From IMG/VR virus record IMGVR_UViG_3300049924_000287, positions 1 through 44,125 of that record: 44,125 nucleotides of DNA. The stretch is one strand, 5' to 3'. Below the pieces are notes generated by a model. That model searched no databases, had not been told where the DNA came from, and saw only the letters and a program-made list of their open reading frames with translations. The stretch comes from a virus (Duplodnaviria > Caudoviricetes). Positions 36,524 to 44,125 of this stretch are shown one piece after another. A program made the translations under genes and the position numbers. The stretch's first letter is position 1, and the number at the start of each line of letters is the position of its first letter.

Positions 36524-36759
36524 TGGGCCATCCTCCACTTGCGCATCATGCTCAGTACCTTGCCGACTCGGCTCTTCGACAAGAAGACCATCGTGGCATA
36601 GGCGTTCATCGCCGAGGCAGCGATCATCCTGTCGGCATCGGTCAGATGTTCGGGTGCGTAGCGCAATGTCCACTCTACGTTGGCCACCCGGGTCGGGTTC
36701 GGCCACACCGTCCCGTCTTCGAGGTTCATGTACGGCGGGGACATGGTCTCTTCGCTCAT
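36520..36759 (-). CDS. Hypothetical protein
   Basis: 79 aa; GGAGG RBS; GTGA overlap. Confidence 0.65.
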   Translation of the reverse strand: MSEETMSPPYMNLEDGTVWPNPTRVANVEWTLRYAPEHLTDADRMIAASAMNAYATMVFLSKSRVGKVLSMMRKWRMAQ

Positions 36760-36793
36760 CCTCGATCCTCCTCTTCTGCTGGGGTTTTCAGGG

Positions 36794-36867
36794 TGCACTC
36801 GGCGGGAGTCGAACCCGCACTGGGCGGTACTTGAAGCCGCTGCCTCTACCAGTTGGGCTACGAGCGC
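36794..36867 (-). tRNA. tRNA-Leu(CAA), short variable loop
   Basis: GCGCTCG/CGAGTGC acceptor, D arm GCCCAACTGGTAGAGGC, anticodon loop TT-CAA-GT, T arm GCGGG-TTCGACT-CCCGC; CCA not encoded. Confidence 0.9.
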
Positions 36868-36937
36868 AGTGCCCCCCGCCCCAGCCCCGTCAGGGTGAGC
36901 CCACGGCATAGGCTCGGGCTGGGACGGGGAGTACCTC

Positions 36938-37372
36938 TCAGGCTCGCGCCTCGGCGAGCAGGCGGAGCGCGGTGGTGGTGAGTTCCCCGCCGGGCTTGGT
37001 GCTTCCGGTGGTGGTGAGCAGCCCGCTCTTGCGGGCGGAGTACAGCCGCTGCCGCTGGCAGTCGGCTGACCGCCCCTGCTCCTTGGCCAGCCGGGCGACC
37101 GGCGCCTTGTCGCCACGGTCCACCAGGCGCAGGTACTGGCGCGCCTCGACGGCCAGACCGAGCAGCGTGCTCGGCTTCACCCGCACCAGCGACGACGAAC
37201 CCTTGGCCGGGTACTTGATCTCGACCACCCGGTCATGGGCGATCACCGGCACGCGCCCGGCCTTGCCGGTGCGCACCTCGATCCCGTCCGGGCGGTGCTT
37301 CATGAAGCCGGTGAACTTCCGGCCGTCGTTGCGGACGACGGTGACCCGCACACCTCGTGCTTCCTTGATCAT
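36938..37372 (-). CDS. Hypothetical protein with C-terminal HTH-like domain
   Basis: APVARLAKEQGRS...RLYSARKSGLL; AAGGAGG RBS; ATGA overlap. Confidence 0.65.
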   Translation of the reverse strand: MIKEARGVRVTVVRNDGRKFTGFMKHRPDGIEVRTGKAGRVPVIAHDRVVEIKYPAKGSSSLVRVKPSTLLGLAVEARQYLRLVDRGDKAPVARLAKEQGRSADCQRQRLYSARKSGLLTTTGSTKPGGELTTTALRLLAEARA

Positions 37373-38040
37373 TGCTTGTCCTCCTTCGGAGCGAACGACT
37401 TCTGGATCGCGTCGTTCTCCAGTGTGACCTTGAACAGCAGGTTGCCCTGCGTGTGGTAGAGGACGATGCCCTCTGCCTCGTAGAACCCCGGAGCGGCGAC
37501 GCTGCCGAACTTCAGGAGGGTCTGCTCCGCCAGTTCCACCAGCTTGTTCAGGTTCCGGCCGTTCCCGCACACCAGCGCGGGCACGACGTCCAGGCCGGGG
37601 GTGGTGAACTCGGCCTCGCCCCAACGCTTGCTGTTGAACAGGCTGAACCTGCGCTCACCCTTCGGCAGGCCGTAGCCCCGCTGGATGCCGCTGCCCCACC
37701 ACTCCCCGTAGTGCAGGCCCTCTCCGAGTTCCAGCGCCAGAGTCTCGGCGTTGGCGCGCACCCACTGGGCGAAGCCGAAGTTGTCCTGCTCTAAGGAGAT
37801 CCAGCGCTTGCGACTGCCAGCCCGCACCTCCCATTGCCAGCGGGGCACCCCGCCTTCGTCGAGTTCCGACATGTCGAGCAGCACGGTCACGCCCGGCTGC
37901 TCGTTCCACTCGGACGGACCGAAGAACTCACGCCGGATGTCGATCAGCCCGTTGCTGCCGTCGATCTTCTCGGTCACCACCACCTCGCGGTTCAGCCGAG
38001 GGATGGACCTGAACGCCGGGTACCTGGTCGCATCGGTCAT
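37369..38040 (-). CDS. ATP-dependent RNA ligase (Rnl2-like)
   Basis: Motif I TEKIDGSN, GSR, YGEWWG..IQ, EGIV, LFKV. Confidence 0.88.
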   Translation of the reverse strand: MTDATRYPAFRSIPRLNREVVVTEKIDGSNGLIDIRREFFGPSEWNEQPGVTVLLDMSELDEGGVPRWQWEVRAGSRKRWISLEQDNFGFAQWVRANAETLALELGEGLHYGEWWGSGIQRGYGLPKGERRFSLFNSKRWGEAEFTTPGLDVVPALVCGNGRNLNKLVELAEQTLLKFGSVAAPGFYEAEGIVLYHTQGNLLFKVTLENDAIQKSFAPKEDKQ

Positions 38041-38147
38041 CGTTTCTCCTTCTTCTGCTTGTCAGCCCACGGCTGGCACCAGTGGCTGCCGATGTGCTGC
38101 TTAGGCACGGGCACCGTGCAGTGCTCGCAGGCTACCCACTCGGTCAC
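38037..38147 (-). CDS. Small zinc-finger-like protein (36 aa)
   Basis: CEHC...H...H.C; overlaps both neighbours by 4 nt. Confidence 0.55.
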   Translation of the reverse strand: MTEWVACEHCTVPVPKQHIGSHWCQPWADKQKKEKR

Positions 38148-38572
38148 AGGTAAGCCTCGATCCCGTCGGCGATCTGGTCGAACGTCCACTCCCGTTCGTC
38201 GTTCGCGTGGATGGCCTCGATCGAGTTGTACTCGTCGCCATCGGGATCCAACTCCCGTCCGACCACCGGGTTGCCAGCACTGAGTCCGGCCCACTCCAGC
38301 AGCGGGATCAGCCCGTTCAGGTCGGAGTAGTTTGCGGTGCCGCCCAGCCGGATGCCCAGGGTCGACGCCTCCGGGGTGTCGCCGACCCAATCCGGGATCA
38401 CGCCAGCCTTGACTCCGAGGTCGGCCAGCACCCCGAGGCAACAGAAGGAGCGGCTGCCATCCTCTTTGCTCGCGTAGCAGAGTTTACCCTCCGCCTGCGA
38501 GTACTCGCCAGAACGCAGGGCCTTGACCCACAGGTCCTTGACCTCGGGGTTCATCTTCGGCTGCTCGGTCAC
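38144..38572 (-). CDS. Conserved phage hypothetical protein
   Basis: WVKALRSGEY.Q..GKL...FCCLGVL...ND....TFDQIAD. Confidence 0.8.
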   Translation of the reverse strand: MTEQPKMNPEVKDLWVKALRSGEYSQAEGKLCYASKEDGSRSFCCLGVLADLGVKAGVIPDWVGDTPEASTLGIRLGGTANYSDLNGLIPLLEWAGLSAGNPVVGRELDPDGDEYNSIEAIHANDEREWTFDQIADGIEAYL

Positions 38573-38898
38573 GTCTGTTCCTCCTTCGCTTGTAGTTTCG
38601 CCAGCGCTTCTGCGCTCTCGTTCCTCTCGCGCATCTTCTCGCGCTCGGTCTCGTCAGTGCCGCCCCACACTCCGACCATGCGGTTGTCGTAAGCGTACTT
38701 GCGACACTCCCACATCACCGGGCAGCCTTTGCACACAGGCTTGGCTTTCTCCCTGTGTCGGACCAGCGCCCACCCTTTGATTTCCTTCTCGTCCTCACCC
38801 GCAGCAGGGATGAAGGTATCGAGCGGCATGCCCCGACAGTGACGGTCGGGGTGGTCGATGATCCGGAGTAGTTCCGGCGAGTAGATCACAGTCGTCAT
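38569..38898 (-). CDS. whiB: WhiB-family transcription factor
   Basis: C...AKPVCKGCPVMWEC...GVWGG; four Cys. Confidence 0.92.
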   Translation of the reverse strand: MTTVIYSPELLRIIDHPDRHCRGMPLDTFIPAAGEDEKEIKGWALVRHREKAKPVCKGCPVMWECRKYAYDNRMVGVWGGTDETEREKMRERNESAEALAKLQAKEEQT

Positions 38899-39326
38899 GC
38901 TAGCGTTCCCTTCACGGCCTTGCATCCGCAGCCTGGGTTGCGTACGTCCCCACGCTGGTTACGCGCTGGCAATCTGGCGTCGAACCCGATCACACACCCC
39001 CCCTCCAGGTGTGCTATCCAGTTGTGCCCGCACTCCGGGCAGTCGTCCTCGGTGTTCGGAACGTTGGCCGGAGAGAACAGTTGCTGCACCACGGCGGAGC
39101 CGGGCATCTTGGTGCCGAAGCGGGTGGCTGAGCCCCGGTCCCAGAAGGGACCGAAGCCCAGCACCACACCGTCCGGACTTAGCCTGATGCCCACGCCGTA
39201 CGAGTTGCGCTTCGCCAACTCGGCGACCACCACATCCCACACCGCCTGCGCGGCCTGGTCTGCCGACTCGTACTCCCCCTCTAACGCAGCCTTGACCGCA
39301 TCGGCCTCGGACTTGCGGGTTCTCAC
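38895..39326 (-). CDS. Hypothetical protein with C-terminal Cys/His cluster
   Basis: GAGGAG RBS; CPECGH...H...C...C.C. Confidence 0.7.
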   Translation of the reverse strand: MRTRKSEADAVKAALEGEYESADQAAQAVWDVVVAELAKRNSYGVGIRLSPDGVVLGFGPFWDRGSATRFGTKMPGSAVVQQLFSPANVPNTEDDCPECGHNWIAHLEGGCVIGFDARLPARNQRGDVRNPGCGCKAVKGTLA

Positions 39327-39823
39327 CCCCGCTCCTCGCTCAACGCCATCGCCCACGCCTCGATCTCGGCGATGTGGTTAGGCGTCAGCCCGTACCTGTC
39401 GTCCGGCTCGATGAGCAGGTAGTTGGAATCGTGGAACTCGTCGGCCCAGCGTCGGAACGACGGTTCGATTGCCTCGTCGTCGGTCCAGATGAGCGCTGTG
39501 TCGTCGGCGACCACCTGCTCGGCCGCTCGGTTCTTCGCAGCCCGAGCGTAGTGGCCGGTCAACTCGAACGCCATCGGGATGGGGCCGAAGCCGAGCACCC
39601 GGAGCACATCGACGGGGTCGGAGCACCAGGTGGACGCCAGCCGCAGTTCGATGTCGTACGTCTGGCAGATCCGGAGGATCTCCGACACCAGCGTGGGCGA
39701 CCAGGTCATCTGGTAGGAGACGCCCACTCCCCGGGCACCCTCGGTCTTGGTGTCAGGCCAGTCCTTCGGGCTGGACATGGTGTTCACCACGCCGTCGATG
39801 TCGAGCAGCCACACCGCTCGCAC
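39323..39823 (-). CDS. HAD phosphatase, RNA-repair-associated (Swiss Army Knife) type
   Basis: LLDIDGVVN, LASTW, LIWTDDE, LLIEPD..YGLT; start chosen by AGGAGG spacing. Confidence 0.82.
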   Translation of the reverse strand: MRAVWLLDIDGVVNTMSSPKDWPDTKTEGARGVGVSYQMTWSPTLVSEILRICQTYDIELRLASTWCSDPVDVLRVLGFGPIPMAFELTGHYARAAKNRAAEQVVADDTALIWTDDEAIEPSFRRWADEFHDSNYLLIEPDDRYGLTPNHIAEIEAWAMALSEERG

Positions 39824-39838
39824 TTGCACCACCTCCTA

Positions 39839-40108
39839 TTACTGCTCGTACATCTCGATCATCTTGTACGGGGACACGGTTGCGACCCAGAGATCGTCAC
39901 CGTCTGTAGTGTAGGTCAGATGAGTCACCACCTTGTGATCGTCACTCACAGTAGCCACCACCTTGATCCAACCCAGCACCTCTCGACCATCCTCGAACGG
40001 GATCCACACCCGCTTGTTCAGGCGGGAGTTGAGGAGGAAGGCGGCCCGAGTGGCTCGCTTGCGGCGAGGCCACTCGAACCCATCCACCAGGGTCCTGATG
40101 ACCCCCAA
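39839..40108 (-). CDS. Hypothetical protein
   Basis: 89 aa filling the gap in a co-directional operon. Confidence 0.55.
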   Translation of the reverse strand: MGVIRTLVDGFEWPRRKRATRAAFLLNSRLNKRVWIPFEDGREVLGWIKVVATVSDDHKVVTHLTYTTDGDDLWVATVSPYKMIEMYEQ

Positions 40109-40109
40109 C

Positions 40110-41456
40110 TCAGGCCCGCTCGGCTGCCTCGATCGCCGCCTGCAACGAGGCGGTGATCCCGTAGTTTCCGACGACCGTGTGCGCCGAGGTGTCCCGCAGC
40201 CGGGCGACGATTGCCTTGGCGTCGGACAGCGTGACCTCGACCTCGCCGCCCCACTTGACCATCACCTCGTCCTTGGCCTTGGGCCGGGAGACCACGACGA
40301 AGTCCTCGGCGTAGTCCTGGAGGTCCGTGCAACCGAAGATGTAGCCGAACACGCTGATGTACTGGTTGCCGTACTGGCCTTCCTTCACCTCGGTGCGCAG
40401 CCGGATCTTGAATCCGTCCGGGACCTTGCTCATCTCGATGGTCGCAGCGTTGCCAGCCACGTCCTCCAGGAGAGCGTGCTTGCAGCCGACGCTCAGCACC
40501 CTCGGGCCGTTGAGTTCGGCCGTGAAGGTGAACTCCAGCACGGTGCCCGCGACGAACTCCTTGTACAAGTCGTCGGCGGTGACCTTCTCCATCACCTCGG
40601 CGTTGCCCTCTTTGCGCAGCCCGGGGCTGTCGGAGTGGGCGTACCAGTCGCCGCCGCCCTTCCGGTCGGCGCCGCTCTCCGGCCTGACGGTGAGGCGGTT
40701 GCCCGAGACCTCGTGGATCCGTCCGGCCCAGTAGCCACCGCCACCGGTGAAGTCGTATCGAACACGGTCACCGACGTTGAATGCAGGGGTCACGTTGTCC
40801 TCCTTGGGGTTGTCGATCTTGGTCAGGGTGGTGATCCTCGACGACCAGCCGAGGTCGGGGTGGCTGAGCCCCTTCACGCCGTCGTCACGGGTGATGAACG
40901 CGAGCAGGTTGTTGTCGCCCCGTTGCACCCGACCGAAGCAACGGAGCGTGCCGGTGACCCCGATCCCCCCTTCCCTCACCCGGTCGCCCGGGTGCAGCCC
41001 GTGCAGCAGCGGGTCGTCGGTCTTGATCAGCGCCCAGTCGGGGTTGGCCATCCGTCGGCGCTCGCCGACGGTGACCGAGTCGCTCCGGTCCTCCGCGTCG
41101 ATCACCCAGACCTCGGCGGTCGATGCGCTGTACTTCGATGACCAGCCACCGTCGGGCCGGATCACCCGCCACTTCGTCCCGACCGCTGCGGGGTTGAGGT
41201 TGCTGACGTAGTAGACCTCGTCGTTCTCGTTGAACACAGACCCCTCCTTCTTGTTGATCTTCGTGAGATTCGCTTTGTCGATCGGTACCGCCGTCCGGGC
41301 GTACGGGGCCTTGTCGAACGTGACCCAGGTCAAGCCCTTGATGTGCCGCAGTCCGGACCGGGTCGGCGGCGCTGTCACCACCCCATCCAACCCCGAACAG
41401 GTGTGACCGGTGCGACCGGTGTACTTCACCCGGTCGCCGACGCTGAACCCGCTCAC
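40110..41456 (-). CDS. Modular protein: SH3-like repeats plus C-terminal domain paralogous to 41453..43003
   Basis: GTGA overlap at 41453-41456 with GGAGG RBS; three GDRV modules. Confidence 0.75.
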   Translation of the reverse strand: MSGFSVGDRVKYTGRTGHTCSGLDGVVTAPPTRSGLRHIKGLTWVTFDKAPYARTAVPIDKANLTKINKKEGSVFNENDEVYYVSNLNPAAVGTKWRVIRPDGGWSSKYSASTAEVWVIDAEDRSDSVTVGERRRMANPDWALIKTDDPLLHGLHPGDRVREGGIGVTGTLRCFGRVQRGDNNLLAFITRDDGVKGLSHPDLGWSSRITTLTKIDNPKEDNVTPAFNVGDRVRYDFTGGGGYWAGRIHEVSGNRLTVRPESGADRKGGGDWYAHSDSPGLRKEGNAEVMEKVTADDLYKEFVAGTVLEFTFTAELNGPRVLSVGCKHALLEDVAGNAATIEMSKVPDGFKIRLRTEVKEGQYGNQYISVFGYIFGCTDLQDYAEDFVVVSRPKAKDEVMVKWGGEVEVTLSDAKAIVARLRDTSAHTVVGNYGITASLQAAIEAAERA

Positions 41457-43003
41457 GCCTTGGCCTCCGCGATCTTCTCGCCGAGCAGGGTGAACAGGTT
41501 GTACAGCCGGTCGTCCTCGCCACTCGGCAGGTCGCCGAGCGCCGTGGCCACGGCCTCGGCGTCCTCGATCGACAGGTCCACGCTGAAGTCGAACGCCACC
41601 CGCTTCGACGGCGCAGCCCCGACGCCGGGGTTGATGATCTTCATGTCCCGGGCGTAGCCGTTGATCTCGCTGAACGCGGCCCTGACGCCGAGCGGCGACA
41701 CCGAGGAGCGCGAGCACTCGATGCAGTCGGCGACGCCGCAGGTCGGATCCCCCTCGGTGACCGGCACGCGGAACGTGATCTCCCACTGAGCACGGCCCTC
41801 GCCATCGGCCTCGGGCATCTTGGTGAACCCGACCACCTCCGACGAGTCGAGCACCCGATCCACCTCGGCCCGCTTGCAGCCGATCGCGAGTCGGGTGCCG
41901 GTCTTGTTGGCGGTGGCGGTGAACTCGATGATCGCACCGGGGCCTTCGAGGTCCGCGGCCCGGAATGCGTCCACTGCCATCGGGTAGCCGTCCAGATCCA
42001 CAGTGGGCTCCGGAGTCGCGGCCGGACCGGGGCGCTCGATCAAGGTGACCGAGACGATCGAGTCGTGGGTGAAGTTCCACGAACCTCCCCGACCACCACC
42101 TCGGACACCGTCGTTGCGGACGATCTCGCCGTAGTGGAAGTCCGCGCTCAGACCCGGAGCCGAGGGCGCCCGCTGCACCGTTCCGATGTACGACATACCA
42201 CGCCCGGGCTCGACGACCCACACCCGGTCTCCGACCTGGAGTTCATGCGCCTGCACCTCCACCGAGGTGGAGTCGGACTCCGGAACGGGGTCGCCAGCCA
42301 CCAGCACGAACGAGCCCACCGAGTAGGCACCCCGGGCGCCGTCGTTGTTCCACCGGACGCGGACCCCGGCGGCCAACGGGTAGATCTCCACGATCTCCGC
42401 CTGCTGGTTGTACCGGGAACCCCGGCTGTTGGTGTAGCGGACCCGCTGGCCCACTCGTGCATCGCCGATGCGCATTGGCTGTTCCTCCTTCGTCTCGGTG
42501 TCGCTCGGGTTGTCGTTGTTCTCCTGCTGTCGCAGCCAGTCCACGTCCATCCGGATCGGATCGACAGTGCTGAACTGAGAGGGGTAGAAGGTGCCACACC
42601 CGAGCAGGGTCGGGTGTGATGCGAGTGCATCCGCTCGCACGCACTCTGAGCCGTACTCGAACGGCTCGCCCCGGCCCCCGGGTACGTTGCGAGCGACCAC
42701 GATGTCGCCGCCGTCGTACTCCACTCGCACGTGCTGACCGAGGTGCTCGTACACGTCGCCGATCAAGATGTCGGCGGTCGTTCGGGTGTACTCGTCGAAG
42801 CGGCTGGCCGCGTAGCCTCGCGCGTGTGCGGCGTTGATGTTGTCGATCGGTGGGGCATCGAGGTTCGGGCCACCGACCCGGACCACTACGGCACCACCGA
42901 TGTCGGTCCCGACCCGAGCGACGACGTCGCCCTCGATCAGCGAGGTCAGGATGGTTCCCGCATTCGGTCGCACCCGCAGTAGCGGGAAGAACACTTGAGT
43001 CAC
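41453..43003 (-). CDS. Modular protein: SH3-like repeats plus shared C-terminal domain
   Basis: AAGGAGG RBS before GTG 43003; VGQRV and VGDRV modules. Confidence 0.75.
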   Translation of the reverse strand: MTQVFFPLLRVRPNAGTILTSLIEGDVVARVGTDIGGAVVVRVGGPNLDAPPIDNINAAHARGYAASRFDEYTRTTADILIGDVYEHLGQHVRVEYDGGDIVVARNVPGGRGEPFEYGSECVRADALASHPTLLGCGTFYPSQFSTVDPIRMDVDWLRQQENNDNPSDTETKEEQPMRIGDARVGQRVRYTNSRGSRYNQQAEIVEIYPLAAGVRVRWNNDGARGAYSVGSFVLVAGDPVPESDSTSVEVQAHELQVGDRVWVVEPGRGMSYIGTVQRAPSAPGLSADFHYGEIVRNDGVRGGGRGGSWNFTHDSIVSVTLIERPGPAATPEPTVDLDGYPMAVDAFRAADLEGPGAIIEFTATANKTGTRLAIGCKRAEVDRVLDSSEVVGFTKMPEADGEGRAQWEITFRVPVTEGDPTCGVADCIECSRSSVSPLGVRAAFSEINGYARDMKIINPGVGAAPSKRVAFDFSVDLSIEDAEAVATALGDLPSGEDDRLYNLFTLLGEKIAEAKA

Positions 43004-43144
43004 GCTTCCTCCTTTCGTTGCCTTGCCACGATGTACCCTCCCCCGCCCTCGGCCGGAGCCGAGGACGAGAGGGCGCACACAGTGGAGGACCTGTCACCAG
43101 GACTGGTGCTGCCTCATCCGCCCCGGAGGGGGCGGGGCCTGGGG

Positions 43145-44125
43145 TCAGTTCTCGCTGGCATCGAACGAGTACGAGTCGACCTCGCCGTCGCCGAGCGTGA
43201 CGTAGGCGGTGACGTCGTCCTTGACCTGATCGACGGCGGAGTCCTTGTCCCGTGCGGTGACGGTCACCTCGAACTGTGCGTTGAACGTGACGATGTACTC
43301 CTTCTCGCGCTGCGGGAGTTCGATGGTCAACTTCCGGTTGAGGTCGTCGACGATGTCGTCGTACTCCGAGCACCAGTCCCGGCTGTTGGCCTCCGAGATC
43401 AGGGTCTCGCCGATCAGACGGATGTCCTCCGCGTGGCTCTGCTGCTCGACCAGGAGTCGACGCCGGAACGCCTCCTTGTCGTCGGCCGCACGCTTGAGCG
43501 CGTCGAACAGCCGCGCCGCGCTGTCGGTGTCGGCGTAGGTCACGCCGTTCACCTCGAATGTCACTGCCATCTTGACCTCCTCCTTGTCGTGCTCGGCGGT
43601 GCCGAGCAGTTCCTTCTCCCACTCGGCGAGTGGCTCATCCTCGATCTTGCTCCAGCCGCCCGCCAGGGCGGCACCCGGCACGACCCAGTGCCCGTCCCTG
43701 CCGGTACCCCGGCTGCCGTCGTCGCGCTTGACGGTGAAGGCGTCGTCTCTGTAGATGCCGTCGCCGTCGTCGAGTGCGTACACCACACCCGTGCCGAAGG
43801 CCGAGTGCTGGACCCGGTCGCCGATGCGGAGCCCGTGCCTGACCGACAGGTTGGTCAGGTGTCGGGGCCACACGTCTTTGGTGTAGAGGCAATCGACCCC
43901 GTCGAACTTGACCCAGAGGTACTGCCCCGCGATGGTGAGCGACTCGACCACACCCTCCTTGCCCTCGCCCTGCGCGGCACTGCGGCCGGTGCCGCGGACC
44001 TTGTCGCCGACACGGAAGCCGCCGATCTCCTCGACGGCAGCCAAGGTGCCGATGATCCACCCCAGCGAGGTCTCGCTGATGTACTGGCGCTGCTTCCGGG
44101 CCGGGACCTCGACGTTGAGAGACCA
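43145..44125 (-). CDS. Modular protein with SH3-like repeats, 5'-truncated by the window
   Basis: Frame stays open from 44125; VGDKV and IGDRV modules; acidic C-terminal domain EANSRDWCSEYD. Confidence 0.75.
   Translation of the reverse strand, partial: WSLNVEVPARKQRQYISETSLGWIIGTLAAVEEIGGFRVGDKVRGTGRSAAQGEGKEGVVESLTIAGQYLWVKFDGVDCLYTKDVWPRHLTNLSVRHGLRIGDRVQHSAFGTGVVYALDDGDGIYRDDAFTVKRDDGSRGTGRDGHWVVPGAALAGGWSKIEDEPLAEWEKELLGTAEHDKEEVKMAVTFEVNGVTYADTDSAARLFDALKRAADDKEAFRRRLLVEQQSHAEDIRLIGETLISEANSRDWCSEYDDIVDDLNRKLTIELPQREKEYIVTFNAQFEVTVTARDKDSAVDQVKDDVTAYVTLGDGEVDSYSFDASEN

Noticed and set aside
41457-42221. N-terminal 255 aa of the 703-aa track ORF 40110..42221
   Set aside because: Overlaps the real upstream gene in another frame; low-complexity Arg/Gly; better start at 41456
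43015-43144. Hammerhead ribozyme
   Set aside because: No CUGAUGA core with a correctly placed GAAA

Overview
Most of the genome of a high-GC tailed phage of Actinobacteria with podovirus-like architecture; no integrase, repressor, DNA polymerase or tape measure gene is visible in the window. Layout: (1) 1-1830, non-coding and hairpin-dense, with a leftward sigma70-type promoter, host-regulator-like boxes and a 12-bp-phased repeat array; (2) 1835-25747 (+), virion, packaging and lysis operon (terminase, portal, ejection proteins with wall hydrolases, scaffold, major capsid, amidase, holin, tail proteins); (3) 25902-28831 (-), accessory operon led by a HicA-like gene and rich in exported proteins; (4) 29215-36261 (+), DNA metabolism; (5) 36254-44125 (-), small genes, tRNA-Leu(CAA), RNA ligase, HAD phosphatase, WhiB and modular SH3-like proteins. 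Most notable: a 79-nt tmRNA-like tRNA domain with no mRNA domain just before scaffold/capsid; a candidate ~1 kb structured ncRNA; near-total AGCT avoidance that forces TTG codons, matching the single tRNA; a clamp-binding-like QLSLF motif on the dNMP kinase; an Acb2/Tad1-like protein; and long early ORFs with in-frame internal SD+start junctions. All family calls are by motif recognition, not database search.
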